Shown: one piece after another, positions 1 to 10,338 of the stretch | Layout: each line of letters begins with the position of its first letter | Numbering within the stretch: position 1 is the first letter of the stretch | Assembly (NCBI GenBank): GCA_965215515.1 | Contig: OZ244057.1 | Coordinates: 1,056,001-1,120,000 of the forward strand | Origin: Oligoflexales bacterium | GTDB taxonomy: Bacteria > Bdellovibrionota_B > Oligoflexia > Oligoflexales > JAPPIL01 | Direction of reading: 5' to 3' | Length of the DNA stretch: 64,000 nt | Notes under the pieces: model-generated | Told to the model about the DNA's origin: nothing | Seen by the model: the letters and a program-made list of their open reading frames with translations, nothing else | Database searches by the model: none | Position numbers and translations under genes: made by a program

Positions 1-1053
1 AAACTCAAATACTGCTCCGCCCCTGAGTGTCGCAGATTTATCCACTCAGTGCCCTTACTGACGGCTAAAGCTGATAATGCCGCACTGAGACGAGTTTTGG
101 ATAGCTTGAAAGAACACACGGGCGATATTAAAAAATTCAAAGAGGCAGTAAGAAGCCTTTGGATGGGCAACAATGTCGATGGTGCATTCGATGTAGTGAT
201 CAGAACAGAGTTCATCGACGATGTCCTGCGTGCCCGCTTTTTCCCGCTCACCGACATCAGAATACCGTTTGTTCAGCCTAAATTGCGGGGCATGCCTGAG
301 GTGAAAAGAGTAGCACTGTCTCAGCTACTCGACGATAATGCGGTAAAAGGCATGAGGGATAGCGAAGTTCTCGATCTTTTTGGTGCACTAGTGTACGGCA
401 GAAAACATGATAAAAAATTTATCGCCTTTAGTCGCAATCCAGCATCAAAGAGTAAGTTGCTGGGGAAAAAGCTCGGTCTGGATAACAAGGAGTTAAAAAA
501 ACTGTATGAAGGCGACGAAGAGCTGGCAGGACTAATAAAGAATAAGGACAAGAAAGAGATAAAGAAATGGCTAGAAAAGAAGAGAGAAGAGCTGAAGGCT
601 GGCAACGCACGTCTTATTCCGAACGAACTTACGGACGGAGATGTAGAAACCATCATCGCCCTGCATAAAAACAAGGAGCGCGTGACCTTATTGAAAGCCA
701 ATTTTGCACAGATGCTCGGCAAGGTGGCTAAGGTTGATAAGCTTACGTTGGAGGGTACGGGTAGGGCTGTGTCTGGAGAAACGAGTAATATGGTGCCAGG
801 TCTCGTGTCTCGCTCTCCCAGTCGTTTGCTGGGCATACTGGGCATACAGAAGGATGCCGTCGAGCAAGTTGCCAACAATCGCAAGTGGAGTAATATTCTT
901 GCGGCCAATGACGACGTAAAAAGGGATTTGCTAGGCGAATTAGTTAGGGGAGATGATGGCAAGGCCTTCAGACAGGGAGGAAAGTTACAGGAACTGCTTG
1001 AAAAAATAAATGATCTCTCTGTCCAGGCATTTGACTCCTACCAAAGAAGATAG
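1..1053 (+). CDS. Hypothetical Lys/Glu-rich helical protein, 5'-truncated by the window edge
   Basis: The frame is open from base 1 to TAG at 1053. The region is AT-richer than its neighbours. No recognisable motif. Confidence 0.7.
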   Translation, partial: KLKYCSAPECRRFIHSVPLLTAKADNAALRRVLDSLKEHTGDIKKFKEAVRSLWMGNNVDGAFDVVIRTEFIDDVLRARFFPLTDIRIPFVQPKLRGMPEVKRVALSQLLDDNAVKGMRDSEVLDLFGALVYGRKHDKKFIAFSRNPASKSKLLGKKLGLDNKELKKLYEGDEELAGLIKNKDKKEIKKWLEKKREELKAGNARLIPNELTDGDVETIIALHKNKERVTLLKANFAQMLGKVAKVDKLTLEGTGRAVSGETSNMVPGLVSRSPSRLLGILGIQKDAVEQVANNRKWSNILAANDDVKRDLLGELVRGDDGKAFRQGGKLQELLEKINDLSVQAFDSYQRR

Positions 1054-1133
1054 ACAGAGTGGTCGCTTGCCTTTTATGAGAAAGTAACGTAGGGTCGCGG
1101 GGTAAGTGAGTTTCGACAGGAGGATTTTGCCGC

Positions 1134-1526
1134 ATGGGCGGTGGTCTGTCTGCTAACGAAGAGAATTTCAATGAGCGTCGCATCTTCCCGCGTTTTTCCC
1201 CCCAGAGGCCCGTACAGGTTACCCTCAACTCGCTCGGTGCAGATGAGGTCTACGGCCAGCTCACCTGTCTCGACATCAGCGAGACAGGCTTGAAGCTCAG
1301 CTGCCCTGCGCACCGTAGGCTACCGTTTCGCGACAACTCCTTGCTAGAGGTGCGTCTCCCTGTACCTAATGAGAACAAACACATCACCTTCCTCACTCGC
1401 ATACAACGGATGCAGGAGTTGGACGAGCAGCGGCTGTACGCCTTGCGCATCGTGCAGATCGGCGTGCGCGACAGAGAGCTCCTGCGTCACCTGTTGCATT
1501 CCCGTGCGGTTTTTGTCAGTCACTAG
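1134..1526 (+). CDS. Single-domain PilZ (c-di-GMP-binding) protein
   Basis: RxxxR motif (ERRIFPRF) and DxSxxG motif (LDISETG). Confidence 0.85.
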   Translation: MGGGLSANEENFNERRIFPRFSPQRPVQVTLNSLGADEVYGQLTCLDISETGLKLSCPAHRRLPFRDNSLLEVRLPVPNENKHITFLTRIQRMQELDEQRLYALRIVQIGVRDRELLRHLLHSRAVFVSH

Positions 1527-2370
1527 GGGGCGCGCGCAGTGGGTTTTCCTCGATATAACGGGGGCTAAACTCGCATTGCAGAGTGTTTTTGATGCCGAGC
1601 AGTAGCCTGTCGATCGCATCCATCTTCCTGGTATCATGCCAGGCATCGTTGACCAGGTAGGGGTAGTTGTCGAGGTAGGTTTGTTCAGGCAACCCCCATT
1701 CCAACACCACCTTCTTGGCCTTGTTGAAGTAGGTCTTGTTGATCCCCCACACCTGCGCGAGCGCCTTCCAGGCCCCGTCGCCCACGAGAAACCACGAGGC
1801 GAAAAAGCCGACCGCACCACCTCCCGTCACCCAAGCCAGTAAGCGATCCTTCCTCGAGCTACTCTTGGCTATCTTCTCACGTGCCATGCGCAGACTATAT
1901 TTTACAAACTGTTCCAGCCCCGTGAACAGTTTCCAGGCCTTGATGCCGAATTTGACACTGGCAAACGCAAGTACTGTACCTCCCGCAACTATCACGCCCT
2001 TACCTACCCAGCGCAGCGTAGCCTTCGTGCGTGCTGCCTCTGCCTCAGGCTGGGTGAAATACACAGCCGCATCGCCGTCAGCATCGACGAAGGGATTGTA
2101 GCATATTTCCGAATTTGTCAGCAATGCTTCGACGTTATCTGCATGAAACAACGCGGCTCGATCACAGAGGAGAAACTGCCACACCCGCTCCTTCTTGCCT
2201 GCAAGCTCGATTTCGCTCTGCACCAAGCCCAGTGCCTTGTGGTAGTCTGCCACCGCCCGCATAGTGGCGTGTGGTGTGCCGCAACTGCTACACATGACCC
2301 ACAACGCCAGCAACATGCTGGCTTTAATCAGCTTTATCTCATAAGGGATCACGATACGTTTTCGCTCCAT
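1516..2370 (-). CDS. Hypothetical lipoprotein with two Gly-rich hydrophobic segments (orphan family member)
   Basis: Lipobox-like VMCSSC (start may be ATG 2316). Motif LLC...CYNPF...G...YFT is shared with 38598..39944. Confidence 0.75.
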   Translation of the reverse strand: MERKRIVIPYEIKLIKASMLLALWVMCSSCGTPHATMRAVADYHKALGLVQSEIELAGKKERVWQFLLCDRAALFHADNVEALLTNSEICYNPFVDADGDAAVYFTQPEAEAARTKATLRWVGKGVIVAGGTVLAFASVKFGIKAWKLFTGLEQFVKYSLRMAREKIAKSSSRKDRLLAWVTGGGAVGFFASWFLVGDGAWKALAQVWGINKTYFNKAKKVVLEWGLPEQTYLDNYPYLVNDAWHDTRKMDAIDRLLLGIKNTLQCEFSPRYIEENPLRAPPSD

Positions 2371-2414
2371 ATCATGTGATGATTATATCATTAGAATAAT
2401 TTTAATACAATATA

Positions 2415-3695
2415 TTAATTTAATCTGCTCAAATTGATCGATGTGTTTTCTTTGACCTGTACGTTGTCTTCGATTCTGATCCCGCCGCAGGGGCGCAGAG
2501 CGGCGATTAGGGGGTGGTTAAGTTTGGGGTTGTTCCGCTGTCGGTCGAGCAGCATGGGGATGAAGTAGAGTCCTGGCTCGATGGTGATGACTTCATCGAC
2601 GGCTAGTTTGCCTCTGAAGCGCAGGTTGGCGAAAACCTGTAGCAATGGTTTAGCGTAGGGGCAGGGCAGGCGTTCGCCTCCGACATCGTGCACTTGAAGC
2701 CCCAGCAGGTGTCCGAGACCGTGCGGGAAAAAGATTTGGCTCAGTCCCGTAGCGATTGCTTCGTCGCAGCTCACGTCTTGCAGCAGTTGGCTTGTGATCA
2801 GCAGGGTGGCGATTTTTTCGTGAGCTTGGTAGTTGAGGTCGTAGAAGGGCACCCCGCTTTTTACTGCACCGCACAGCTCTCGTTGGATACGTTCCATCTC
2901 TTGCAACAGTTCTCTGAAGAGCGGATGGGCATCTTCGTGTACCCACGTGCGGCTCACGTCGGATACGTAGCCCTGCACTGTCGCACCGCAGTCGGCGAGC
3001 AACACCTTGCCATTACGCACGTCTCTGCGTTTGTGTTGATAGTGCAGGATGGCTGCTTTTTCGTCGAGGGCGATGATCGTGATGTAAGGCAGATCACATT
3101 CTCGTTGCTGGGTTGCTTGGAGGTAAGCGTGATGCAGATCGAGTTCAGAAGCGCCCGCGGCGAAACGTTCCTGTAGGCGAGCGTGGCCGCGCCGCGCGAT
3201 GTGGTTGGCGGCGGTGATGCAGGCGATTTCGTAGGCACTTTTGCGGACGCGGTTAGCGTCCAGTTTTTGTTGCAAGGCGGGGGGGTTGAGGGAGATGTGC
3301 GCTGGTCGCCAGACGCTATCGGGGCCGATCCAAGCGGCGTTTTGGCAGGAGCGTAAGACTGGTTTGACATCATCGATGGGGGCAATACGAAAGCAATGTG
3401 CCCAGTCTGTGTCGAGGTTGGTCTCGGTATCTACCCAGTAGCTGGGTTTGTCGTCCACGTAGAGCTGTGGCGGCTCGTCGCCGTTCAGCAGCAGCACATG
3501 TCCTTTGGTGCGCAGCGGACACCAGTGGGCGAAATGTGGCGTTGGCTTGAAGGGCAGATACTGGTCGTCGGCGAAGTACCGCTGCACGTCTCCTGCGTAG
3601 ATAGCAAGCGTGTCATACTTCTCCGCGTTCAGCACTGCGGCAGTCATCTGACGTAGTCGCTCGATGTGGGCTGGCAGTAGTCGTGTCTCGGGCAA
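2415..3695 (-). CDS. pepQ: Xaa-Pro dipeptidase (prolidase, M24B)
   Basis: DCGA, SDVSRT, FPHGLGHLLGLQVHDVG, TIEPGLYFI and GGIRIEDN motifs. Confidence 0.92.
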   Translation of the reverse strand: MPETRLLPAHIERLRQMTAAVLNAEKYDTLAIYAGDVQRYFADDQYLPFKPTPHFAHWCPLRTKGHVLLLNGDEPPQLYVDDKPSYWVDTETNLDTDWAHCFRIAPIDDVKPVLRSCQNAAWIGPDSVWRPAHISLNPPALQQKLDANRVRKSAYEIACITAANHIARRGHARLQERFAAGASELDLHHAYLQATQQRECDLPYITIIALDEKAAILHYQHKRRDVRNGKVLLADCGATVQGYVSDVSRTWVHEDAHPLFRELLQEMERIQRELCGAVKSGVPFYDLNYQAHEKIATLLITSQLLQDVSCDEAIATGLSQIFFPHGLGHLLGLQVHDVGGERLPCPYAKPLLQVFANLRFRGKLAVDEVITIEPGLYFIPMLLDRQRNNPKLNHPLIAALRPCGGIRIEDNVQVKENTSINLSRLN

Positions 3696-3794
3696 GCTAA
3701 TCTCCCTGAGGTCGGTTGAAAACTATAGCATTTCTGAGCCTCAAAGTGTAGCATACGGCCTCGTCTTCTTGCCCGACGAGGTGGAGGGATTTCC

Positions 3795-4565
3795 GTGAAC
3801 AATTCGCCGATGGCGATATTTGCTGGTATCAGAACTTATCTGACGGGCTTGCGCTGGCTGCGGCGGCATGCTCGTTATCTCTTCATTCTGTTTATTCCCG
3901 CTCTGTTGGGTTTGTTAAGTTTAATTCTCATCATGAACTTATTTTTCAGCAATTTTTTCTCGATCATGGACGGTATTATGTTTGCGCGTCCTGATACCTG
4001 GCTACTCCTGCCACTCTACTATGCGTTGTATTGGTTACTGGCCGCGGTATTGTTTCTGCTGGGTTTCGTACCGCCGCTACTGATCAGCAGTGTGCTTGCG
4101 TCGCCGTTCTATGAGATCGTGTCCTGTGCGGTGGAACGGGATCGTTCAGGCAAGGTGATAGAAATTTCGTGGCGACAGTCTCTGTTGCTGATCGTCGAGG
4201 AGGCCAAGAAGGCGGGTTTCATTCTGTTGTTGACGTTATTAGCCATGCTTATCCCTGGGCTGAATGTACTGGCTTTGTTTGTGCCCGCGTTCTTGCTCGG
4301 CTGGGATTTTTGCGATTATCCCTTGGCACGGCGAGGTTGGAGTTTTAAGCGGCGGTTACGTTTTACTTTCAAAAATTTTTGGCGGGTGACGGGGTTGGGG
4401 TTGTGGCTTATTATCCCCGCGGTGCAGTTTATCCTTGCACCGTTAGCGGTTGCGGGAGGAACGCTCCTAACCATCGACGCGTTGAACAGCGGTGCTGATG
4501 AAAACGATAACGAACTTAACGCGGAGGATAGTTGTGAACAAGGAGACAGCCGCGGCGCAGAGTAA
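3795..4565 (+). CDS. EI24/CysZ-like membrane protein
   Basis: Multiple TM helices, LASPFYE..S..VE, W.F.DYP..RRG. Confidence 0.8.
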   Translation: MNNSPMAIFAGIRTYLTGLRWLRRHARYLFILFIPALLGLLSLILIMNLFFSNFFSIMDGIMFARPDTWLLLPLYYALYWLLAAVLFLLGFVPPLLISSVLASPFYEIVSCAVERDRSGKVIEISWRQSLLLIVEEAKKAGFILLLTLLAMLIPGLNVLALFVPAFLLGWDFCDYPLARRGWSFKRRLRFTFKNFWRVTGLGLWLIIPAVQFILAPLAVAGGTLLTIDALNSGADENDNELNAEDSCEQGDSRGAE

Positions 4566-5595
4566 AGCGCTCAGCCATGCGGTAACCACCATCGAGAAAC
4601 AGTTCGGCAAGGGATCGATCATGCGTTTGGGCGATACCTTGCACAACGAAGACATCGATGTAATCCCGACGGGGTCGCTGTCTTTGGACATCGCACTGGG
4701 CGTGGGGGGCATTCCCCGCGGGCGTATCATTGAGATTTTCGGGCCTGAATCGAGTGGCAAGACGACGTTGACGCTGCATATCGTCGCGGAGGCACAGAAA
4801 AAGGGCGGCGTGGCTGCGTTTGTCGATGCCGAGCACGCACTCGACATCGGTTATGCCAAGAAAATCGGGATCGATCTCGAAGCTCTGCTGGTGTCACAAC
4901 CAGATACGGGTGAACAAGCGTTGGAGATCGTCGATATGCTGGTCAATTCGGGCTCGGTCGATTTGATCGTTATCGATTCGGTTGCCGCGTTGACTCCCAA
5001 AGCTGAAATCGAAGGCAACATGGGCGATCATCACGTCGGTCTGCAGGCACGTCTGATGTCGCAGGCGTTGCGCAAATTGACGGCGACGGTCGCGCGCTCG
5101 AGCTGTACGATTATCTTCATCAATCAGATTCGCATGAAGATCGGAGTGATGTTCGGTAACCCAGAGACAACCACGGGTGGCAACGCGTTGAAATTTTACA
5201 CCAGTGTGCGTCTCGACATTCGCCGCATCGGGGCGATCAAGCAAGGCGATGAGTTACTTGGCAACCGTACGCGGGTGAAGGTGGTCAAGAACAAAGTCGC
5301 CACACCGTTTCGGGAGGCGCAGTTCGACATAACTTTTGGGAAAGGTATTTCCACCCTCGGTGATGTGATCGATTTAGCTGTGGCCAAGGATATCATCGTC
5401 AAAAGCGGCCCGTGGTTTTCTTACGGAGAGCAGAAGATGGGGCAGGGACGGGAGAACGCCAAGAAGTTTCTCGAAGAGCATACCGCCCTGCTGCGTAAAA
5501 TCAGCGATGCGGTACGCAAGACTTACGGGATTGCTCCTGTCAAAAAGAAGGACATACCGCGTTCTGGGGACAAAAAAGACAGGGTGTTGAATTAG
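4534..5595 (+). CDS. recA: Recombinase A
   Basis: [20 protein letters not shown] and [14 protein letters not shown] start follows a GGAGGA RBS. Confidence 0.99.
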   Translation: MNKETAAAQSKALSHAVTTIEKQFGKGSIMRLGDTLHNEDIDVIPTGSLSLDIALGVGGIPRGRIIEIFGPESSGKTTLTLHIVAEAQKKGGVAAFVDAEHALDIGYAKKIGIDLEALLVSQPDTGEQALEIVDMLVNSGSVDLIVIDSVAALTPKAEIEGNMGDHHVGLQARLMSQALRKLTATVARSSCTIIFINQIRMKIGVMFGNPETTTGGNALKFYTSVRLDIRRIGAIKQGDELLGNRTRVKVVKNKVATPFREAQFDITFGKGISTLGDVIDLAVAKDIIVKSGPWFSYGEQKMGQGRENAKKFLEEHTALLRKISDAVRKTYGIAPVKKKDIPRSGDKKDRVLN

Positions 5596-5746
5596 GGACA
5601 GGGCCGCGGTGCGGAAGGGTTGCACACTTGCTTGGGAGGAAGAAGTCGCTATGCTGCTAGTAGGCGGGCGTGGTTGTCCTGCCCTTTAGGAGGGGTGGTA
5701 AGGTGCTGCGCGGTTGCTTTGTTTGCCACTGATGGGAGATCGACAG

Positions 5747-6799
5747 ATGAAAAAATTCCTCACGCCTTTGATAATTTCGGCAGTAGTCGTCGCTTTGTTG
5801 CTGGTGGTACGCTGGTACACGGGGCAACATGATGAGCATGCGGGGCACGATCATCCTGAGGGTGTGGAGCATAGTGAGCAGGTCGAGACTAGCGAGCAGC
5901 CGCCAGCAACAGGTGGTAAGATAGTCGTCGCCGTCCCCAACTGGCCATCTGCGCGGGCGCGGGCTAATGTCTTGAAAGTGGTGATGGAGAACAATTTTGG
6001 GGTCGAGGTGGAGTTGCAGAACAGCACCAACCCCGTGATTTTTGCGGGCATGGATAGTGGGGCGATGCATGTTCACCCCGAGGGGTGGCTACCCAACCAT
6101 GAAAATCTGCACAAGAAGTACGTGGACGAGAACAAGACAGTGCTGCAAGGAGGAGTTTCGGCCACGGCGAATCAGGCTATCTGCACCACGAAAGACACGG
6201 CACAACGCACAGGCATTGTCAGGCTGGAGGAGCTGGGGAAGCCTGAGATGGCCGCCAAATTCGATACGGACGGCGATGGCAAAGGCGAGATGTGGATCGG
6301 TGCAACGGGCTGGGCCTCCACTAACGTCGAAAAAATTCGCGCCAAGTCTTACGGCTATGACCAGACGATGCAGTTGCAGGAGATGGATGAGACCCTAGCC
6401 TTAGCGGGCATAGATGCCGCGCTTGCCAAGCAGAGCAACATCGTCTTCTACTGCTATTCGCCGCACCATATCTTCATGTTGCATGATTTGCAGAAACTAC
6501 GGGAAGACCCGCACGATCCCGCACAGTGGGAGATCTTGCAGCCCACCGACGATCCCGATTGGTTACAAAAGTCACGTGCCACTACCGCGTGGAAACCCGC
6601 GGCGATACATGTGTACTATGCCGCGTCATTGACAGAAACCCACCCTGCGGTGGTGAAAATGCTGAACAAGGTCAGCATCGACAACGAGACAACCACCAAA
6701 ATGATGCATGCTCTGGTTGTGGACAAAACTCCTGCTGACAAGTTTGCCCAGACGTGGGTGCAGCAAAACGCCGCTCTTGTCGATAGTTGGCTACATTGA
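5747..6799 (+). CDS. Glycine betaine/proline-type ABC substrate-binding protein (ProX/OpuAC family) with a His-rich N-terminal linker
   Basis: N-terminal TM/signal, NWPSA, HPEGWLPN, FDTDGDGKGEMWIGATGW, YCYSPH. Confidence 0.85.
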   Translation: MKKFLTPLIISAVVVALLLVVRWYTGQHDEHAGHDHPEGVEHSEQVETSEQPPATGGKIVVAVPNWPSARARANVLKVVMENNFGVEVELQNSTNPVIFAGMDSGAMHVHPEGWLPNHENLHKKYVDENKTVLQGGVSATANQAICTTKDTAQRTGIVRLEELGKPEMAAKFDTDGDGKGEMWIGATGWASTNVEKIRAKSYGYDQTMQLQEMDETLALAGIDAALAKQSNIVFYCYSPHHIFMLHDLQKLREDPHDPAQWEILQPTDDPDWLQKSRATTAWKPAAIHVYYAASLTETHPAVVKMLNKVSIDNETTTKMMHALVVDKTPADKFAQTWVQQNAALVDSWLH

Positions 6800-6857
6800 G
6801 TTTGTCACGTAGGAGGGAGCGACAGCACGACCATCGCCCTGTGAGTCAGGAGTAGGC

Positions 6858-7835
6858 ATGCACATCAAGTTGTGGGGGACGCGCGGCTCACTGCCGCGTG
6901 CCTTGACACATCAGGAGTTGAAACATACCCTGCAACGTTTGTTATCCCGTGCGCGCACACGGGGTATCGAAGACATCGCGGCGTTGCAGGCGCTGCTCGC
7001 TGACGATAGCGATGCACCGTTGACCTACGGGGGTAACACCACTTGCACTGAGATACGTTACCGCGAGGAAAGCTATGTCGTCGATCTCGGCACAGGGTTG
7101 GTTTCCTTCGGCAAGGCGCAGCGCAACGCGGGCAACAGGAAATTCACCTTTCTGCTCAGCCACCTACATTGGGATCACATTCTTGGTTTGCCTTTCTTCC
7201 CTCAGATATACGAGAGGGGTTGTGAGATAGACATTTACCATGTCCACGAGCATGCCCCTGAGCATCTGCGGATCAAGTTCAATGGGGTCAATTTCCCTGT
7301 GCGTTGGGAAGAGCTCGGTGCGAGCATCACCTTCCATCGCTTGGAGCTGCGTCGGCCATACAAGTTCGATGATTTAACCGTGACTCCTTTCCAGCTCGAC
7401 CACCCAGGCGGCTCGTATGGTTATCGTTTTGACAGTCCTACTGCTGCGGTTGGTATTGCTGTTGACAACGAGCTTAAGCGCCGCACTGCGGAGGAGTTGG
7501 GTGAGGATCGACCCCTCTACCAAGCTCTCGACGCACTGTTATTCGACAGCCAGTATGATTTGAACGAGATGGCAAAAAAATACGACTGGGGGCACTCCAG
7601 CCCCCCGCTCGGCATCGACCTTGCCTTTCAGGAAATGATTAAGACTTTGGTTATGGTGCACCACAGCCCCGCGGCGGATGATCAAAGTTTGCGAGACAAG
7701 TTTAATCGTGCGCGCCAGTATGCTGCAAAGATTTACCCCCAGCATCGGCAACGCTGGGAGCGGGTACAGGTGGGAGGGCCGCGTCTTATTTCTGGTTATG
7801 ATGGACTTGAGTTTAACATTTCCCGTGCGTCCTAG
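6858..7835 (+). CDS. MBL-fold metallo-hydrolase (phosphodiesterase-like)
   Basis: WGTRGS, YGGNTTC, DLGTG, SHLHWDH, HPGG, WGHS and HHSP motifs. Confidence 0.9.
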   Translation: MHIKLWGTRGSLPRALTHQELKHTLQRLLSRARTRGIEDIAALQALLADDSDAPLTYGGNTTCTEIRYREESYVVDLGTGLVSFGKAQRNAGNRKFTFLLSHLHWDHILGLPFFPQIYERGCEIDIYHVHEHAPEHLRIKFNGVNFPVRWEELGASITFHRLELRRPYKFDDLTVTPFQLDHPGGSYGYRFDSPTAAVGIAVDNELKRRTAEELGEDRPLYQALDALLFDSQYDLNEMAKKYDWGHSSPPLGIDLAFQEMIKTLVMVHHSPAADDQSLRDKFNRARQYAAKIYPQHRQRWERVQVGGPRLISGYDGLEFNISRAS

Positions 7836-9177
7836 TTGGTGCTGTGTGGTGTCGCTGGTCGTTAGTACTGCCGCGGCCCACGCGGAGCTTGCCCTCGATG
7901 TAGAGCGGCACGTTTTGCCGCGCACTGCGGAATTTCGTGAGGTACAGGTCACGCTGACTGTGGACGATGTGCTGCCCAGCGATTACGCCAAGAAAGAAAG
8001 TGAAAAAGACGAGTGGGAACGTTTGCATCTCACTTTACCCGACAGCGAGGATGCTGATCTACCTCTCTACAACGCGGCTGATCTAACTGCGACGACAGGT
8101 TTCCACCGCCACTTTTGGTATGAGGCGGTGGAAAGAAAAAAACTTCGCAACCGCAGTGGCAACCTCACTGTCACCTGGCGTTTCGTGCTCAAGGCGCGTG
8201 GCACACACAAACTGAGTGATTTGCTGCAAGGTACACCTCCTGAACTGCGGCTTGCCGTCTCTTACCATCGTTGGGAGGGCGAAGAGTACGGCGAGGCACT
8301 GCTCGCACGCGTGCATGCTTTTCCGCGTCTTGACGGTGTTCCTGCCGAAGCGCCTCAACAGGTCAGGCTAACACCTCGCCATCATCGTATCCATATCGAC
8401 TGGCAGGTGCCTGAAAGTGTCGAGTACACTAATGCACAGGGTAAATTCTCTCCCGTAGGAGTGCTTGCCATCGTTGCCGCACCGCTGTCCACGCCTATCG
8501 ACATGCGTATGGCGGCGATGGTGTTCCGCCCTGCTGCCGAGGGCGGTGACGTGCCGCTTGACACGGGATGCCAGCTGCTCCCAGATTGTCAGCTCGATTG
8601 CGGTGATGACGATAGCATCTACTTTGATTTTGAGAAAATTAAAAAAATCAGCGGGTTAGAAAAATCACAAACCATGCGGGGAGGCACAGGTCTCATCGCC
8701 GATCTCAAACCTAGCGAGGTTTATCGTGTCTTGCTGCAGTACTATCCTGCGGGCGTGCGACGTAGCGCGTGTCTCACCGCACAGTCTATCGAAAACAAGA
8801 CGCTGCTGGAGCTGAACGAAGCCGACACGGCGGAGCGGGGTGATTTGCGTTGTTTCATCGCTACTGCCGCGTGGGGCACGTCTCGTGCCGTCGCTGAGTT
8901 GCGGTGGTGGCGGGACAATTTCCTTCTCACTAACAGCTGGGGGCGAGCGGTCACTGCCTTTTATTACCAGCACTCCCCTCCTATCGCGGCACTCGTTGCT
9001 GAACACGAGTTGCTTCGTGCTCTGGTACGTATCCTGTTGCTCGTGCCTCTTGCTTTCGTGTTGCTGTGCAAATATTCGCTGTTATTTGCTAGCTGTGCAG
9101 GGTTATTTATGTCCATGATTCTGTTGTGTCACCGCCTTGGGAGATCGCGGTGGGTGTTGCACCGTTTGCAACTGTAG
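7798..9177 (+). CDS. Exported protein with a C-terminal CFI-box-CTERM-type domain
   Basis: C-terminal CFIATAAWG...LRWWRDNFL...G...FYYQHSPPIA followed by TM helices. N-terminal signal-like segment. Start uncertain. Confidence 0.75.
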   Translation: MMDLSLTFPVRPSWCCVVSLVVSTAAAHAELALDVERHVLPRTAEFREVQVTLTVDDVLPSDYAKKESEKDEWERLHLTLPDSEDADLPLYNAADLTATTGFHRHFWYEAVERKKLRNRSGNLTVTWRFVLKARGTHKLSDLLQGTPPELRLAVSYHRWEGEEYGEALLARVHAFPRLDGVPAEAPQQVRLTPRHHRIHIDWQVPESVEYTNAQGKFSPVGVLAIVAAPLSTPIDMRMAAMVFRPAAEGGDVPLDTGCQLLPDCQLDCGDDDSIYFDFEKIKKISGLEKSQTMRGGTGLIADLKPSEVYRVLLQYYPAGVRRSACLTAQSIENKTLLELNEADTAERGDLRCFIATAAWGTSRAVAELRWWRDNFLLTNSWGRAVTAFYYQHSPPIAALVAEHELLRALVRILLLVPLAFVLLCKYSLLFASCAGLFMSMILLCHRLGRSRWVLHRLQL

Positions 9178-9185
9178 ATGTCCCG

Positions 9186-10310
9186 CTACCACAGCGATTC
9201 ACCGAACGGGCGGCTGTTCTTACGCCAGACCAACCACAGTGCCACCCCGAAGAGCAACAACTGCGGTAACCACACCGCCTGTGCGGGTGAAAATAAACCA
9301 CGATGAGCGATAAACTCACAAGCCGAGCTAAAACTGAAACAAGCAACAACCGTCAACGCCACGTAAAGCAGGGTGAGATTGCGACGGCGACGCACGAAAC
9401 GCGTCCCCAACAACATGCCGAACACCGCAAACGTTAAGGTTAACAACGGCTGTCCTAGACGCCGCGACAACAATAACCGCTCCCGCACCCGCGACGACGC
9501 ACCACCATCTCCCTGCAAATACTCCCACAGCGCCACAGGATAGAGACGACGAGCATCGAAACTGAGCTTGTGCCCCAACAGATGCTGCTGCACAATGCGC
9601 ACCAGGTCAAGATACCAACGTTTGAATTGCAGCACAGTATTGTCCGTGTGGATGACCCCATGCTCAAAAACAAGCTGCAGATTGCCCGTCGCCACCGCAC
9701 CCTCCAACCGTGCCGTGCGTGCGGTGATAACAAAATCAGTGCGCGACTCTTCCCGCGGTGCGAGCATGACATTGTGATAGTGCCCCGCTACGCCTGTTTG
9801 CCGCTTGCTAGCTCCACTCCGCTGCACATGCAGAATGTAGCCAGGGATGGTGCGCAAGAATACCCCTTCCTGCAGCTGTTGATCGATGTTAGCCACCCTC
9901 TCGTAAGCTTTACGCTGGGAGAAAACCAGCAACTCCCGTCGTCCCCACGGATCGAGGTAGAGTGCCGCGACGAGTGTCAGTAGATAAAACAACCCCGCAA
10001 CGCCCAACACAGGGTACAAAACTTTCGCCAGCGAATGGCCCGCCGCCAACAACGCAGTCAATTCGCCGCTGCGGTTGAGACGTTCGCAGGCGAGCATGGT
10101 GGCGAACAACAGCGTGGTGGGAATGGTCACGGGCGCAGTGGAAACGACCTCAAACAACACGGGCAGCAGAATATTTTCTAGACTGACACCGAGACGAAAT
10201 AACATCTCGGACAGACGCAACAGCTGCGAAATAAACACCACCGTGTTCACCACCACAAACGCCGTGACGAACTGAGTGAAAATCTCTCTGGCGACGTAAC
10301 GCGCGAGCAT
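9186..10310 (-). CDS. lptF: LptF/LptG-family LPS export permease
   Basis: LARYVAREI start, RL...GELTALLAAG motif, six-TM topology, AVWLPQ near the C-terminus. Confidence 0.8.
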   Translation of the reverse strand: MLARYVAREIFTQFVTAFVVVNTVVFISQLLRLSEMLFRLGVSLENILLPVLFEVVSTAPVTIPTTLLFATMLACERLNRSGELTALLAAGHSLAKVLYPVLGVAGLFYLLTLVAALYLDPWGRRELLVFSQRKAYERVANIDQQLQEGVFLRTIPGYILHVQRSGASKRQTGVAGHYHNVMLAPREESRTDFVITARTARLEGAVATGNLQLVFEHGVIHTDNTVLQFKRWYLDLVRIVQQHLLGHKLSFDARRLYPVALWEYLQGDGGASSRVRERLLLSRRLGQPLLTLTFAVFGMLLGTRFVRRRRNLTLLYVALTVVACFSFSSACEFIAHRGLFSPAQAVWLPQLLLFGVALWLVWRKNSRPFGESLW

Positions 10311-10338
10311 CTGGATTTAAATGATGTCCACGTTCCGC

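Noticed and set aside
22..41. Further TIR-like matches (cctgagtgtcgcagattta at 22; cctgagctcctgtgg at 30074)
   Set aside because: Weaker matches, one inside an open reading frame, and compatible with chance.
321..962. 213-aa minus-strand Ser/Leu/Phe-rich ORF
   Set aside because: Antisense shadow of the Lys/Glu-rich gene.
5596..5746. Known riboswitch (guanidine, c-di-AMP) upstream of the betaine-binding protein
   Set aside because: I could not find the conserved consensus nucleotides of these classes.
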